64,000 nucleotides of DNA from Bacteroidia bacterium (GTDB lineage Bacteria > Bacteroidota > Bacteroidia > M30B66). Position 1 is the first letter of the stretch, and each line of letters begins with the position of its first letter. A model generated the notes under the pieces. That model saw only the letters and a list, made by a program, of their open reading frames with translations, was not told where the DNA came from and made no database searches. The translations under genes were made by a program, and so were the position numbers. Below are positions 26,059 to 35,797 of this stretch, piece by piece. Location: NCBI GenBank assembly GCA_965279035.1, contig OZ257142.1:2720001-2784000 (forward strand), in the 5' to 3' direction.

Positions 26059-29000
26059 CTATGTTTGAAGACGAACAATTACGCGTGTTCCGGCGGCACT
26101 TCCATCGGGATCATAAAGATCAATAGTTTCAATAGAACTACTACCTAATCGGGTTGTGTAGAAGGCAATTCGCTCCGAACTAATTTGAACACCTAAGGAT
26201 GGTCGATCTTTCGAATGAGCTGATTTAATTTTTAAAGCAGCATCGCGACCAATGCCGTTATCTTCTATCGTATAAACGAGTTCCTCACCTATAATTTGAG
26301 CTAATATTTTTAGATTCTTATCACCATCCATTTTATGAAGTAAGCCGTGATGCAAAGCATTTTCAATAAATGGTTGAATTAATAATGGTGGCACGCGATA
26401 ATCACCTTGCAGTAATTCGGCGTCTGCTTCAAATGTCAAGATAATTGAACCATCCTGACGTAATTGTTCTAATTCCAAATAGATGCGAATAGTTTCCCAA
26501 TCTTTCCTAAATGGAATTTCCGTTGAACGAGAATGATCCAGCACATCACGAATGAGACGTGCAAACCGATGCAAATATTTTGCTGCATTTAACGAATCAT
26601 TTTGTTGGATAAGATTGTCAATGGAATTCAAACAATTAAAAATAAAATGCGGATTCATTTGAGCTCGGAGAGCAGCCATTTCGGTTTCGGCTATACGTTG
26701 CTTTAATTGAGCTTTCGTCCGAATAGCTATTAATCGTCGGCGAATAATTAAATAAGCAATAAATGCAAATAAACCAATACTTAAAGCGATAAACCACGTT
26801 TTCCTCCAAAACGGAGTTTGAATGATAAATTGCCAAGTTACAGGCTTGCTCCATGAATGGTGAATATTTGCAGCACGTATTTGAATGGTGTAGTCACCCG
26901 GTGGTAAATTAATTAAACTCAATTCCCGCTCATTGGTATTTTTCCAAGCAGTATCCGTATTAATCAAATATTGAAAATGTAACTTATCGGGCAATGTATA
27001 ATCGATCGCTCCAAATTGAATGGTAATAGAATTTTGATCTGAATTTAAAATTGTATTTTCATTGATAGACAATAAACTATCACCCAATAAAACACTTCGA
27101 ATATATACTTCCGGATTTTTAATTCCAGTTGCAAATTGTTTTTCTCTTACTTGAAAATAACCGTTCATAGTTCCAAAAAGAAGTTCGCCATTTCGCATAC
27201 GAGAAGGCTTAAACACTTCTTGATCAGTCCATCCTGATTCTGTTCCAAAAGAGGTAAAAGTTTGACTTTGTTGATTAAATAAATTAATCGAACCAGGACA
27301 TGCCACCCAAATACGACCATTTACATCATGAGAGCACCAATAAGTAATGTCGGAAGGTAGCCCATGTTGTTGATTATACTGATACATTAATTTTTTATCT
27401 GCATCATATCGAGCAATTCCATTTCCAAGGCTACACATCCAAATAGAACCATCATTCGCTAATTCCAAATCCAGAATAGGATAACCGGGTAAAGACTGTG
27501 GATTATTCTTTTGATATTTCAGCCAAAAGGAAGAATTATCTGATAGATTTAAGCAATAAACACCTTGATTTTCGGTAGCAATCCAAAGTCTATTATGTTT
27601 TAAATCGTATTTAATTCCAATGTAGCGAAAATCACTGTTTGCGGATTTTATATCCACCATTTTTTTGAACTTAAAATCGGGAGAAATTTGAAAAACTCCA
27701 TCCGTCCAACTACAAGCGTATGCAAAACCTTGAGAATCAAAAACGATATCCCAAAAAGCTCGATTTTTACTCTTAACAGGAGATTCAGGCAAGTTTACTT
27801 TTTGCCAGTTGCTCGAATTTGCTTGATGAATGAGTACTTCATTACGCATACATACCCATCGATTTCCTCGTGGATCTTCTCGAATGGCAGAAATAAAGTC
27901 GATATCATAGTGTCCAATTTTTTTAGAAGAAATCGGCCTTTCACTTTTATTTACGAGCGTAACTAGTTGATTTGAATAAACCGAAACTGCTTGGATTTCC
28001 TGTTTTGATTCATCTTCGATAAACTGTGTATAAAAGTGATCAACTCCTGTTGTAGAAATCGGTATAAAATCAAATAGAGGCGCATCTAAAGAGCGATAAA
28101 TACCATGACGAGTTGCTATCCATAATCGATTATTTTTTCCTTCAATAAAAAGCGATTGAGGAACAATAGTTAATGGTTCATTACTCAAACCAGATAGTGG
28201 AAAAGAGCTGAAAGTTCCTTCTGGTAGACTGAAAATAATAATTCGATTTCGAGAAATTCCAATTAATTTATTGGATGATATTAAATTTAAAGAATATACC
28301 GATTGTAATGTACTAGAATCAAGTAACGAATCAGGTAATAACCACGAGTTCCATATATTATTCTGTAAATCATATCCAACAATTCCTTTATTATAGGAAC
28401 CCATCCAAAGCTTTTCATTTGAATAGGAATAAAGATAAAGTCCTTGAAAATCTTTTAATAAGTCGCTTGGATAATAGTGGAATTGATTTGTTGAAGTTGA
28501 AAAACTAAAAAGTCCGTTTGTAGCAAGCAACCATAATTCATTGTATGATTTCGGAATAATTGAAATCCCTTGAAGAATAGGTTTAAAAGAAGGGACTTGC
28601 TTTTTAACAAAATTACGCCAACCTGATGATCGGTAAGTTCCTGACTTTAAATCCAAAATTAGAAAATCGCCAATTGAACCTATCCATGCTTGTGACTGAT
28701 GTGTATCAATATAACAGGAAGTAATTTGATTGGAAATAAGAGAATCAGGTAAAGGATAAGTTTTGAAATCGAATCCTGTATTGACGTGTTTACTAAGTTG
28801 ATTTCCCTGAATTATCCAAAGATTTCTATTTTCATCAAGCACGATATCCTTAATAGCACCTGTTGAGATTGATTGTATATTATTATCATCGTGTAAAACA
28901 GAAATAAATCTATTTCCATCAAATCGAGCAAGTCCGTTTGTCGTTAAAACCCAAGTAAAACCTTCCTTATCGGTCAAAATTTTACTTACTTCATTCGAGG

Positions 29001-29127
29001 GTAATCCATCACGTGAAGAATAATGATACATCCGATTGCTAAATCTCTGAGCAAGTGCATGCTGACAAGTGGATAAATAAATTATCAACCCACTGATTAA
29101 GCATAATAACTGTCTACCGAACTGCAT
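26059..29127 (-). CDS. LytS-type sensor histidine kinase with periplasmic beta-propeller (Reg_prop) and Y_Y_Y domains
   Basis: DGLPSN/GLARFDG propeller repeats, LPPGDYTIQIRA, PFWRKTWF plus TM helix, AQMNPHFIFNCLN H-box, QPFIENA, EDNGIG. Confidence 0.93.
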   Translation of the reverse strand: MQFGRQLLCLISGLIIYLSTCQHALAQRFSNRMYHYSSRDGLPSNEVSKILTDKEGFTWVLTTNGLARFDGNRFISVLHDDNNIQSISTGAIKDIVLDENRNLWIIQGNQLSKHVNTGFDFKTYPLPDSLISNQITSCYIDTHQSQAWIGSIGDFLILDLKSGTYRSSGWRNFVKKQVPSFKPILQGISIIPKSYNELWLLATNGLFSFSTSTNQFHYYPSDLLKDFQGLYLYSYSNEKLWMGSYNKGIVGYDLQNNIWNSWLLPDSLLDSSTLQSVYSLNLISSNKLIGISRNRIIIFSLPEGTFSSFPLSGLSNEPLTIVPQSLFIEGKNNRLWIATRHGIYRSLDAPLFDFIPISTTGVDHFYTQFIEDESKQEIQAVSVYSNQLVTLVNKSERPISSKKIGHYDIDFISAIREDPRGNRWVCMRNEVLIHQANSSNWQKVNLPESPVKSKNRAFWDIVFDSQGFAYACSWTDGVFQISPDFKFKKMVDIKSANSDFRYIGIKYDLKHNRLWIATENQGVYCLNLSDNSSFWLKYQKNNPQSLPGYPILDLELANDGSIWMCSLGNGIARYDADKKLMYQYNQQHGLPSDITYWCSHDVNGRIWVACPGSINLFNQQSQTFTSFGTESGWTDQEVFKPSRMRNGELLFGTMNGYFQVREKQFATGIKNPEVYIRSVLLGDSLLSINENTILNSDQNSITIQFGAIDYTLPDKLHFQYLINTDTAWKNTNERELSLINLPPGDYTIQIRAANIHHSWSKPVTWQFIIQTPFWRKTWFIALSIGLFAFIAYLIIRRRLIAIRTKAQLKQRIAETEMAALRAQMNPHFIFNCLNSIDNLIQQNDSLNAAKYLHRFARLIRDVLDHSRSTEIPFRKDWETIRIYLELEQLRQDGSIILTFEADAELLQGDYRVPPLLIQPFIENALHHGLLHKMDGDKNLKILAQIIGEELVYTIEDNGIGRDAALKIKSAHSKDRPSLGVQISSERIAFYTTRLGSSSIETIDLYDPDGSAAGTRVIVRLQT

Positions 29128-29191
29128 TGGCTAAATATACCATTTCTTCAAGCCCAAATTCTCTCGCAAGAAATCAGTTAGAATGAGGATT

Positions 29192-30715
29192 CTATTGCTT
29201 GATAAACTTGATAGTTTGAATGGATTTACTCGTTTGAATATTAACCATATAAATTCCAGCATTCATAGCTGAAATATCTATCTGTACAACTTGATTTTGC
29301 GCTTTGTATTCGTTTAACAATTGACCAGAAATTGAGTAAACTTGAATCAAATCCAAATCTTCATTGAATGTATCATTTCGAATGGCGAGTACGTCTGTGA
29401 CTGGATTGGGGTATAATTGAAAATTTGAATAATCATTCGTTAAAATGGATGTTATAGCTGAAACATCTAACTGCAAAAATCCGAAATCAACAAAACCTCC
29501 TTGAGTTTCTAAAGAATATCCACCAAATAAGATTTTCCCATCTTCTTGAATAAGTATATCTTTAATTCCGCTGGAATATGCACCCATTTTCACCACTAAT
29601 TTACCATCCGAACTGAACGTATTATCGAGGTTTCCATTTTCGGTATATCGAGCGATAGCAAAATCTAAAAACGTATTAACGGAACCATCATAGCCATGTC
29701 CTGCAAGGATGATTTTTCCTTGTGCATCAATTTTCAATGCAAAGGCTTTATCCTGATAATCATCAAAGTCGGATGTAGTATGCCCATTTGAGCCAAATGA
29801 AGCATCCAAAACACCATCAGTACTCATGCAATAAACGGCAAAATCACCAGCCGAATAACCAGCCGAAATGACTTTGCCATTTGGATGTAACTCCATGGTT
29901 TCAACTACTTCGTTCAAATTTGAATTGATACTAGAAATGAGCTTTCCATTACTACCAAAATTAGTATCTAATGTACCATCTGCATTTAATCGAATCCATG
30001 CAAATGCACTATTCCCTTCACTATTATTCGCACTTCCGCCAATGAGTATTTTTCCATCCGATACTAGTAAAGCATCCTGTCCAAAATCATTAAATCCATT
30101 TAAATCATGAGTGATATATCCATTCACGCCAAATGTACTGTCAACAGTGCCATTCGCTAGAAATCGTGCAGCTGCAAAATTGAAATTTTCTCCACCATAA
30201 GCTTCACCAATAGCTAATATTTTCCCGTCATTTTGAATGAGTAGTTTGTGTGCTTTTGAGCCATTTCCTAAACCAAATGAGAGTTTCACTTTTCCATCTT
30301 CACTAAAGGTTGTATCAAAATCTCCATCGGGTAAAAGTCGAGCTAAAACCATATCTCCATTGGATGAACCACCTAGAATAATTCGATCTTGATTATCTAT
30401 TTGAAGAGCACTACAAAACTCATAGGTATATCCAAAACCAAAAGTTAGAATACCTGTTCCTTGGAATGTAGAATCAAGTGAGCCATCGTTTTTTAATCGA
30501 CAAACAACAAATGGATTTAATATATTCTCATTGTCGCCTGCTGCAATAATTTTATTTGAAGATTGGAATTCCATTTCTTCCATATAGTACGATACAAAAC
30601 CAAAGGAAACGTAGGATTTACCGTTAGTTCCAAAGGATGGATCTAATTCTTGAGCTGAAAGCTGAACTGAATTAAACAGAAAATAAATAATTCCTGTGAA
30701 AACGATTTTATTCAT
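29192..30715 (-). CDS. Delta-60 repeat beta-propeller T9SS cargo protein
   Basis: Repeated Q.DGKI..GG / R...DG.LD.TFG..G units; LYPNPV...GIYMV...KFIKQ sorting domain. Confidence 0.88.
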   Translation of the reverse strand: MNKIVFTGIIYFLFNSVQLSAQELDPSFGTNGKSYVSFGFVSYYMEEMEFQSSNKIIAAGDNENILNPFVVCRLKNDGSLDSTFQGTGILTFGFGYTYEFCSALQIDNQDRIILGGSSNGDMVLARLLPDGDFDTTFSEDGKVKLSFGLGNGSKAHKLLIQNDGKILAIGEAYGGENFNFAAARFLANGTVDSTFGVNGYITHDLNGFNDFGQDALLVSDGKILIGGSANNSEGNSAFAWIRLNADGTLDTNFGSNGKLISSINSNLNEVVETMELHPNGKVISAGYSAGDFAVYCMSTDGVLDASFGSNGHTTSDFDDYQDKAFALKIDAQGKIILAGHGYDGSVNTFLDFAIARYTENGNLDNTFSSDGKLVVKMGAYSSGIKDILIQEDGKILFGGYSLETQGGFVDFGFLQLDVSAITSILTNDYSNFQLYPNPVTDVLAIRNDTFNEDLDLIQVYSISGQLLNEYKAQNQVVQIDISAMNAGIYMVNIQTSKSIQTIKFIKQ

Positions 30716-30730
30716 AAAAATGATATGATT

Positions 30731-32290
30731 TTAAAATGAGTGTGTCACTTGAATGGTTCGTGAATACTGATCTGTATTGGTATCTATCTGAAGAAAATAA
30801 ATACCTGAAGGCAAAGAATTAACAGATAGTGAAAACGTAGCATTTAAATTCACTATTCCGGTTTGAATTTTATTTCCAAGTACATCAAAAAGAGTATAAT
30901 GGGCATCGGTGAGCTCAGTATCCATTTCGATAGTGATTAGCTCAGAAGCTGGTTGCGGATATATTTTCATGTGTGTTGAAGAATTATTTTTAAAACCTAA
31001 AGGCAAACTCTCGTCTCCGAATTTCACTACCCAAAAATCATCATCACCATGATTTCCAGTAACATCCCCATCAATAGAATTGGTTTCTCCAACCATCACC
31101 CAAGAAGAATCACTCATTTTCCTCAAACAATACGGACGTTCTAAACCGGAGCCTCCATACCAGCTTTCCCAAGTAGGAGTTCCATCTGCAGAAAATGCTT
31201 TAAGAACCATGTCCGTTCCTCCGTGTGGGGTTAATTCTCCGGGCGATTCAGGTGCATAAATTTCATTGGCTGTTATATAGGAACCATCACTCAACTGAAT
31301 TCCAGAAAAACTACCATCGAAACTAATTCCACCAAAACACTGCTGCCATTCAACAATTCCTAGTTGACTTAATTTCGCCACCCAGCAATCGTAAAACCCA
31401 CTATTGCTAGTCAAATCACCATCAGCCGAAGAGCTTTCTGCTAATAATAAATATTCTCCATCATTAGTAGGAATAATTCCTCGTGGACGATCCATGGCTG
31501 ATCCACCAAAAACTTTAGACCATTCCAATGCACCTGTATAATCGGTTTTAATAACCCAAATATCTTGTTGTCCAAGATTAGTTGGAACATCACCATCACT
31601 CGAATTAGAAATACCTGCTATAATAAAACCTTGATCGTTCGAATTTGCTACAGCATAAGCCGTTTCAGAACTAGTTCCACCTAATAAAACGATATTCTCA
31701 ACTGCTCCAAAAAAACTAATTCGTGCAATAAATACATCACTCAATCCATGATTTCCACTAATATCGCCATCGGTTGAATAAGCATTTCCGACTACAATAA
31801 TATTCTGTCCCGAAATAGTCATTCCATAAAGTTCTTCGTTATCCGAACCTCCAATGGAAAGATCCCAAACTAGTTCACCATCAACCGATAATTTGACTAT
31901 CCAAGCATCGTAAGTTTGTCCATGATTCATACTCACATCACCATCTTGCGAAATGGTATGTCCGGCTAAAACGTATGATTCGTCGGGCAATTGAACAATA
32001 TCAAAACCTTCATCTTGATAAGTTCCACCAAGTGTTTTGGTCCATTCAGGCTCACCCGATTCATCTAATTTCACTACCCAGATATCACTGCTACCATGAT
32101 TTCCTTCCACTTCACCATCATAGGAAGTAGTAGATCCAATCACAATTAAACCTCCATCGACAGTAGGTCTTACCGATTTAGCATTTTCATAGGAAGCTCC
32201 ACCATAACAACGTGTCCAAAGTGTGTCGGGTGCTTGAGAAAAAGATTGAAAACAGATGCTGAAAAATAAAACCGACACTGAATAACGCAT
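30731..32290 (-). CDS. Beta-propeller repeat T9SS cargo protein
   Basis: Repeated W...GGS..D / G...S.DGDV..NHG..D.WVVKL units; IYPQPA...GIYFLQI sorting domain. Confidence 0.85.
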   Translation of the reverse strand: MRYSVSVLFFSICFQSFSQAPDTLWTRCYGGASYENAKSVRPTVDGGLIVIGSTTSYDGEVEGNHGSSDIWVVKLDESGEPEWTKTLGGTYQDEGFDIVQLPDESYVLAGHTISQDGDVSMNHGQTYDAWIVKLSVDGELVWDLSIGGSDNEELYGMTISGQNIIVVGNAYSTDGDISGNHGLSDVFIARISFFGAVENIVLLGGTSSETAYAVANSNDQGFIIAGISNSSDGDVPTNLGQQDIWVIKTDYTGALEWSKVFGGSAMDRPRGIIPTNDGEYLLLAESSSADGDLTSNSGFYDCWVAKLSQLGIVEWQQCFGGISFDGSFSGIQLSDGSYITANEIYAPESPGELTPHGGTDMVLKAFSADGTPTWESWYGGSGLERPYCLRKMSDSSWVMVGETNSIDGDVTGNHGDDDFWVVKFGDESLPLGFKNNSSTHMKIYPQPASELITIEMDTELTDAHYTLFDVLGNKIQTGIVNLNATFSLSVNSLPSGIYFLQIDTNTDQYSRTIQVTHSF

Positions 32291-32347
32291 TCGAAAAATA
32301 AATTTAGATGCGCTAAATTGAAATGACTTAGTTCAATTATAATATCA

Positions 32348-32383
32348 GAATGAGCCTATGGTTAAAATGAATGATTAAGTGGT
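32348..32383 (-). promoter_or_regulatory. Candidate LytTR binding site (direct repeat with 21-bp period)
   Basis: GAATGA-N5-TGGT at 32348-32362 and 32369-32383, upstream of the T9SS-T9SS-kinase-LytTR gene run. Confidence 0.5.
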
Positions 32384-32387
32384 AGAA

Positions 32388-34724
32388 TTAACTCAACACC
32401 TCAAATCCACAACTTATCGAATTTCCTTGATCATCCACTAAAGTGAGTTTGTGTTTTCCTGGTATCGGTTGTAATTGCAGCTGATGAATATCGCGGGTTG
32501 ATCCAATAAATTCATCATCTAAATGCCAATAAATAACTGCATCTGAACGACGATGATTGGCTTCGAAAATGGTTGCTGTTGGAATTCCTTCTAATCCAAT
32601 CGGCACCGATATACGACTATTTTTTCGTGGATAAACGAGCGCAATATTTTGTTCCGGTTCAGGCTCGCAACCCAGTTTCCAAGCAGGTAAAGGAGCATAC
32701 GTTGGAGTATGTTGAGCATAATAATTTTCCATCACTGGAGGCAATACAAACCAATTCACATGTCGCATGGAGCTGACATCAGCACAGGAACTATTTACAC
32801 GCAAAGGCTCACGAGCATCTAAATGTATGCGTTGGTGATACGGACAAGCTTTGCTGTACATCGCCGATTCGGGTAATTTAAGAAATAAGGTATCAGTGCA
32901 ATATTCTGTCAAACGGAAACCACTTTGTGCACAAATAGGCAGCGTTTTCATTTTATCGACAGGCTTGGTAAACCAACCATCATAAGGAAGTTTGTCGAAA
33001 ATATCGAACAATACTGGTGCAGCACAACTTATACCTGTCAATCCGGGGCGACCTTCTCCACTTGCATTTCCAACCCAAACACCAACCACATAACGAGGTG
33101 TTACCCCAATGCTCCAAGCATCGCGAAATCCATAGCTAGTTCCTGTTTTCCAAGCAATCTTTTTCCCTTTCCCCAATTCCTTCCATTGAGCTTCCTCACC
33201 GGGACGATTCACTTCCACCATTGCATCCAACATCAACCAAGCAGATGCTGGAGAAAATCCCGTATTCAATGTGTTTTTAGCATTTGATTTACCCTGAATA
33301 TATGAAGCTAAATGTGGGTCATTTGATAGTTTGCGCTCATTTGCACGAAGCTCTCGAGCTAATCTACCATAGGCATTACATAAATCCCACAAGCTCACTT
33401 CAGCTCCACCAAGAATTAAAGCTAAACCATAATGAGAAGCCGGTCGATTGATTGTACTCAGCCCCAATCGACGAAGTTTCTGATGAAATTTCTCCACACC
33501 AAAATCGCCCAGTAAACGCACCATTGGAATATTCAACGAACGTGATAATGCCTCTTTAGCTGGAACAGCACCATCGTACGTATGATTAAAATTTTTAGGC
33601 GAAAATCCTGACAGATGCGTAGGAATATCTGGGAGCAAACTGTTAGGTGTAATAAGTCCTTCATCCAATGCAGATGCATACAACAAAGGTTTCAAGATAC
33701 TGCCAGAGCTTCTGGGAGCACGAATAACATCTACAACATCGCCCATTTCGTGGCTAGAACTAAAATCGCTGATATTGCCAACATAGGATACAACTTGGTT
33801 TGTTTTTAAATCGATAACAAGAGATGCCATATGATGAACATCATTCGTTTTAAACCTCGCATTATGCATCATCATAACCTGTTGAATTTGCTTTTGAAGA
33901 TCGCTATTGATGGTTGAATGAATCACGGTTGCTCCATGTCCCTCTGCAATGGCACGATCCATTAATTGGGTGGCGAGTTGTGGAATAGGAAACGGTTTCT
34001 GAGGTAAAGGCTCTTGAAGTGCAAGTTCCAAATCGGTATCATCTAAATAATTGGCTTCATGCATTCGATTCAATAATCGATTTCGTTTGCTCAATAAGCG
34101 ATGTTGGTTTTTACCTGGAAATATTAAACTCGGTGCATTGGGAAGTACCGCTAATGTAGCCGATTCTGCCCAACTCAACTTATCAGATGGTCGACCAAAA
34201 TATCTCCATGACGCAGCATCCAATCCCACCACATTTCCTCCAAAAGGGGCATTCGAAGAATACAGTGCAAGAATTTCTTCTTTCGAATATTGGATTTCGA
34301 TACGAGTTGCCCAAATACTTTCAATCAGCTTATCCCAGATACCACGATCAGAATTTTTCCTCGACATACGCGCTAATTGCATCGTTAAGGTACTTCCTCC
34401 ACTTTTCACTTGCATACTTTGCGAATTCTGCCAAAGTGCTCGTCCAACAGCTTTGGGACTAACTCCAATATGATCATAAAAATCGCGGTCCTCAAACTGA
34501 ATGATTGCCTGTTTAAATCGATAAGGCACTTGCGAATTATAGGGAAAACGCCACTGCCCGTCGGCTGCAATCCTTGCCGATAAAAGATTTCCATCTCGAT
34601 CTTCCAAAACTGTACAGGCTGGATCGGCAAATAAATGATCTGGTAAACAAAAGGTGTAAAACCCAAGTAGGAAGCAGAATAACTCGGGTAAAATGAATTT
34701 CAAAAAGCGTTTAACTCGTTTCAT
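32388..34724 (-). CDS. pbpC: Penicillin-binding protein 1C (bifunctional transglycosylase/transpeptidase)
   Basis: ADGQWRFP, EDRDFYDH, GGSTLTMQLAR, APFGGNVVG, SSGSILKP, SLN, KTGTS and C-terminal BiPBP_C-like domain. Likely start is MKRVKRF at 34724. Confidence 0.93.
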   Translation of the reverse strand: MKRVKRFLKFILPELFCFLLGFYTFCLPDHLFADPACTVLEDRDGNLLSARIAADGQWRFPYNSQVPYRFKQAIIQFEDRDFYDHIGVSPKAVGRALWQNSQSMQVKSGGSTLTMQLARMSRKNSDRGIWDKLIESIWATRIEIQYSKEEILALYSSNAPFGGNVVGLDAASWRYFGRPSDKLSWAESATLAVLPNAPSLIFPGKNQHRLLSKRNRLLNRMHEANYLDDTDLELALQEPLPQKPFPIPQLATQLMDRAIAEGHGATVIHSTINSDLQKQIQQVMMMHNARFKTNDVHHMASLVIDLKTNQVVSYVGNISDFSSSHEMGDVVDVIRAPRSSGSILKPLLYASALDEGLITPNSLLPDIPTHLSGFSPKNFNHTYDGAVPAKEALSRSLNIPMVRLLGDFGVEKFHQKLRRLGLSTINRPASHYGLALILGGAEVSLWDLCNAYGRLARELRANERKLSNDPHLASYIQGKSNAKNTLNTGFSPASAWLMLDAMVEVNRPGEEAQWKELGKGKKIAWKTGTSYGFRDAWSIGVTPRYVVGVWVGNASGEGRPGLTGISCAAPVLFDIFDKLPYDGWFTKPVDKMKTLPICAQSGFRLTEYCTDTLFLKLPESAMYSKACPYHQRIHLDAREPLRVNSSCADVSSMRHVNWFVLPPVMENYYAQHTPTYAPLPAWKLGCEPEPEQNIALVYPRKNSRISVPIGLEGIPTATIFEANHRRSDAVIYWHLDDEFIGSTRDIHQLQLQPIPGKHKLTLVDDQGNSISCGFEVLS

Positions 34725-34814
34725 TGGACAAAATCTGAAACGAAAATGCTTTTTCCATTCCTTTATCAAGTTATATTTCGAGAATCTGCTGATATCCAAC
34801 TAGAATTCGTTTGT

Positions 34815-34943
34815 GCATGCCCTTTTATGCCTACGCAAAATTCATCAGTATAAAAGGTCGCGTCTTCGCCTCATAGTCCTCTTGGACACCTTCGCCCTTG
34901 CTCGGCGCCCAATGCGGGCTAGTTCCGGCTCAACCGCTCATGC
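34815..34943 (+). ncRNA. Structured intergenic repeat, Flavo-1-like, copy A
   Basis: GCATG...GGTCGCGTCTTCGCCTC...GTCCT...TCCGGCTCAACCGCTCATGC; conserved blocks shared with 62730-62859. Family name is from memory and not checked. Confidence 0.6.
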
Positions 34944-35439
34944 AAATGCCGATATAATTTTCTAAAAACGTGTATGATGTCTTTAGCATTAATCTATCAA
35001 CAGCTATGTTAATATTTCGAAAAATCCTGATTTAACAGTTCTTTCAGCAATATTTCTGAGAAATTTTTTATGAACAGGTTTGTCAAAAACTAGCCGATCT
35101 TAAATGTTTAAATCGGATATATGTGATCATTTTTTTGTTTCTTTCAGCCGGTGGGTGGTTAGAGGTCGGCCCCCGCATGCGCGAGATGCTTTCCCCTATT
35201 TTACTAGATTTTCAGAAAAAATTCATAGTTGTAAAAATAAAAAAACGAGGAGAATTTTCTAAGTTTCTATAATTTCTAAATCAAAATAGCATCGATCACA
35301 TGAAACAGAAATTATCATTTTTGAATATTCCCAAAAAATTGAATTTCAGCAATCATATTAACTGAAAAATTCGAAAAATAAATCATTGATGAATTCCTAC
35401 TCGTATCAAATCAAAATTCGCTACCTACAACAACTTAAC

Positions 35440-35447
35440 TAACTTTG
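35440..35447 (+). promoter_or_regulatory. Bacteroidota -7 promoter element (TAACTTTG)
   Basis: Exact TAnnTTTG about 40 bp upstream of the phasin ATG. Confidence 0.6.
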
Positions 35448-35488
35448 CGTTTCATTGCCGTTCATACTAATTTACAAATTCCAACATC

Positions 35489-35797
35489 ATGGAAGAGAAA
35501 CTTAAAAACCTATTTTATCAAGGATTAGGTGTAGTTGCAATCACACGCGATAAAGTGGAAAAAGCCGTTGCCGAAATGGTCGAAAAAGGGAAAATGTCAC
35601 GCGAAGAAGGCAAGAAGCTTTTTGATGAAATAACAGCTGAAACGCATAAAGCGGGTGCCGAATTCAAAGAAAATAGCAAGGAAACAATCCGCGAATGGAT
35701 CGAAAAAACTGGCGTTCCATCTCGAGATGAATTTGACGCACTTAAATCCCGTGTCGAAGCGCTAGAAAAAGAAAAAGCATCTTCAACTGAAGCGTGA
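35489..35797 (+). CDS. Phasin-family (PhaF/PhaI-like) protein
   Basis: LFYQGLG...T.DKVEKAVAEMVEKGKMSREEGK and PSRDEFDALKSRVEALE motifs. Confidence 0.8.
   Translation: MEEKLKNLFYQGLGVVAITRDKVEKAVAEMVEKGKMSREEGKKLFDEITAETHKAGAEFKENSKETIREWIEKTGVPSRDEFDALKSRVEALEKEKASSTEA

Noticed and set aside
34950-35480. Replication origin
   Set aside because: Only weak DnaA-box-like words are present and none of the usual origin-linked genes.
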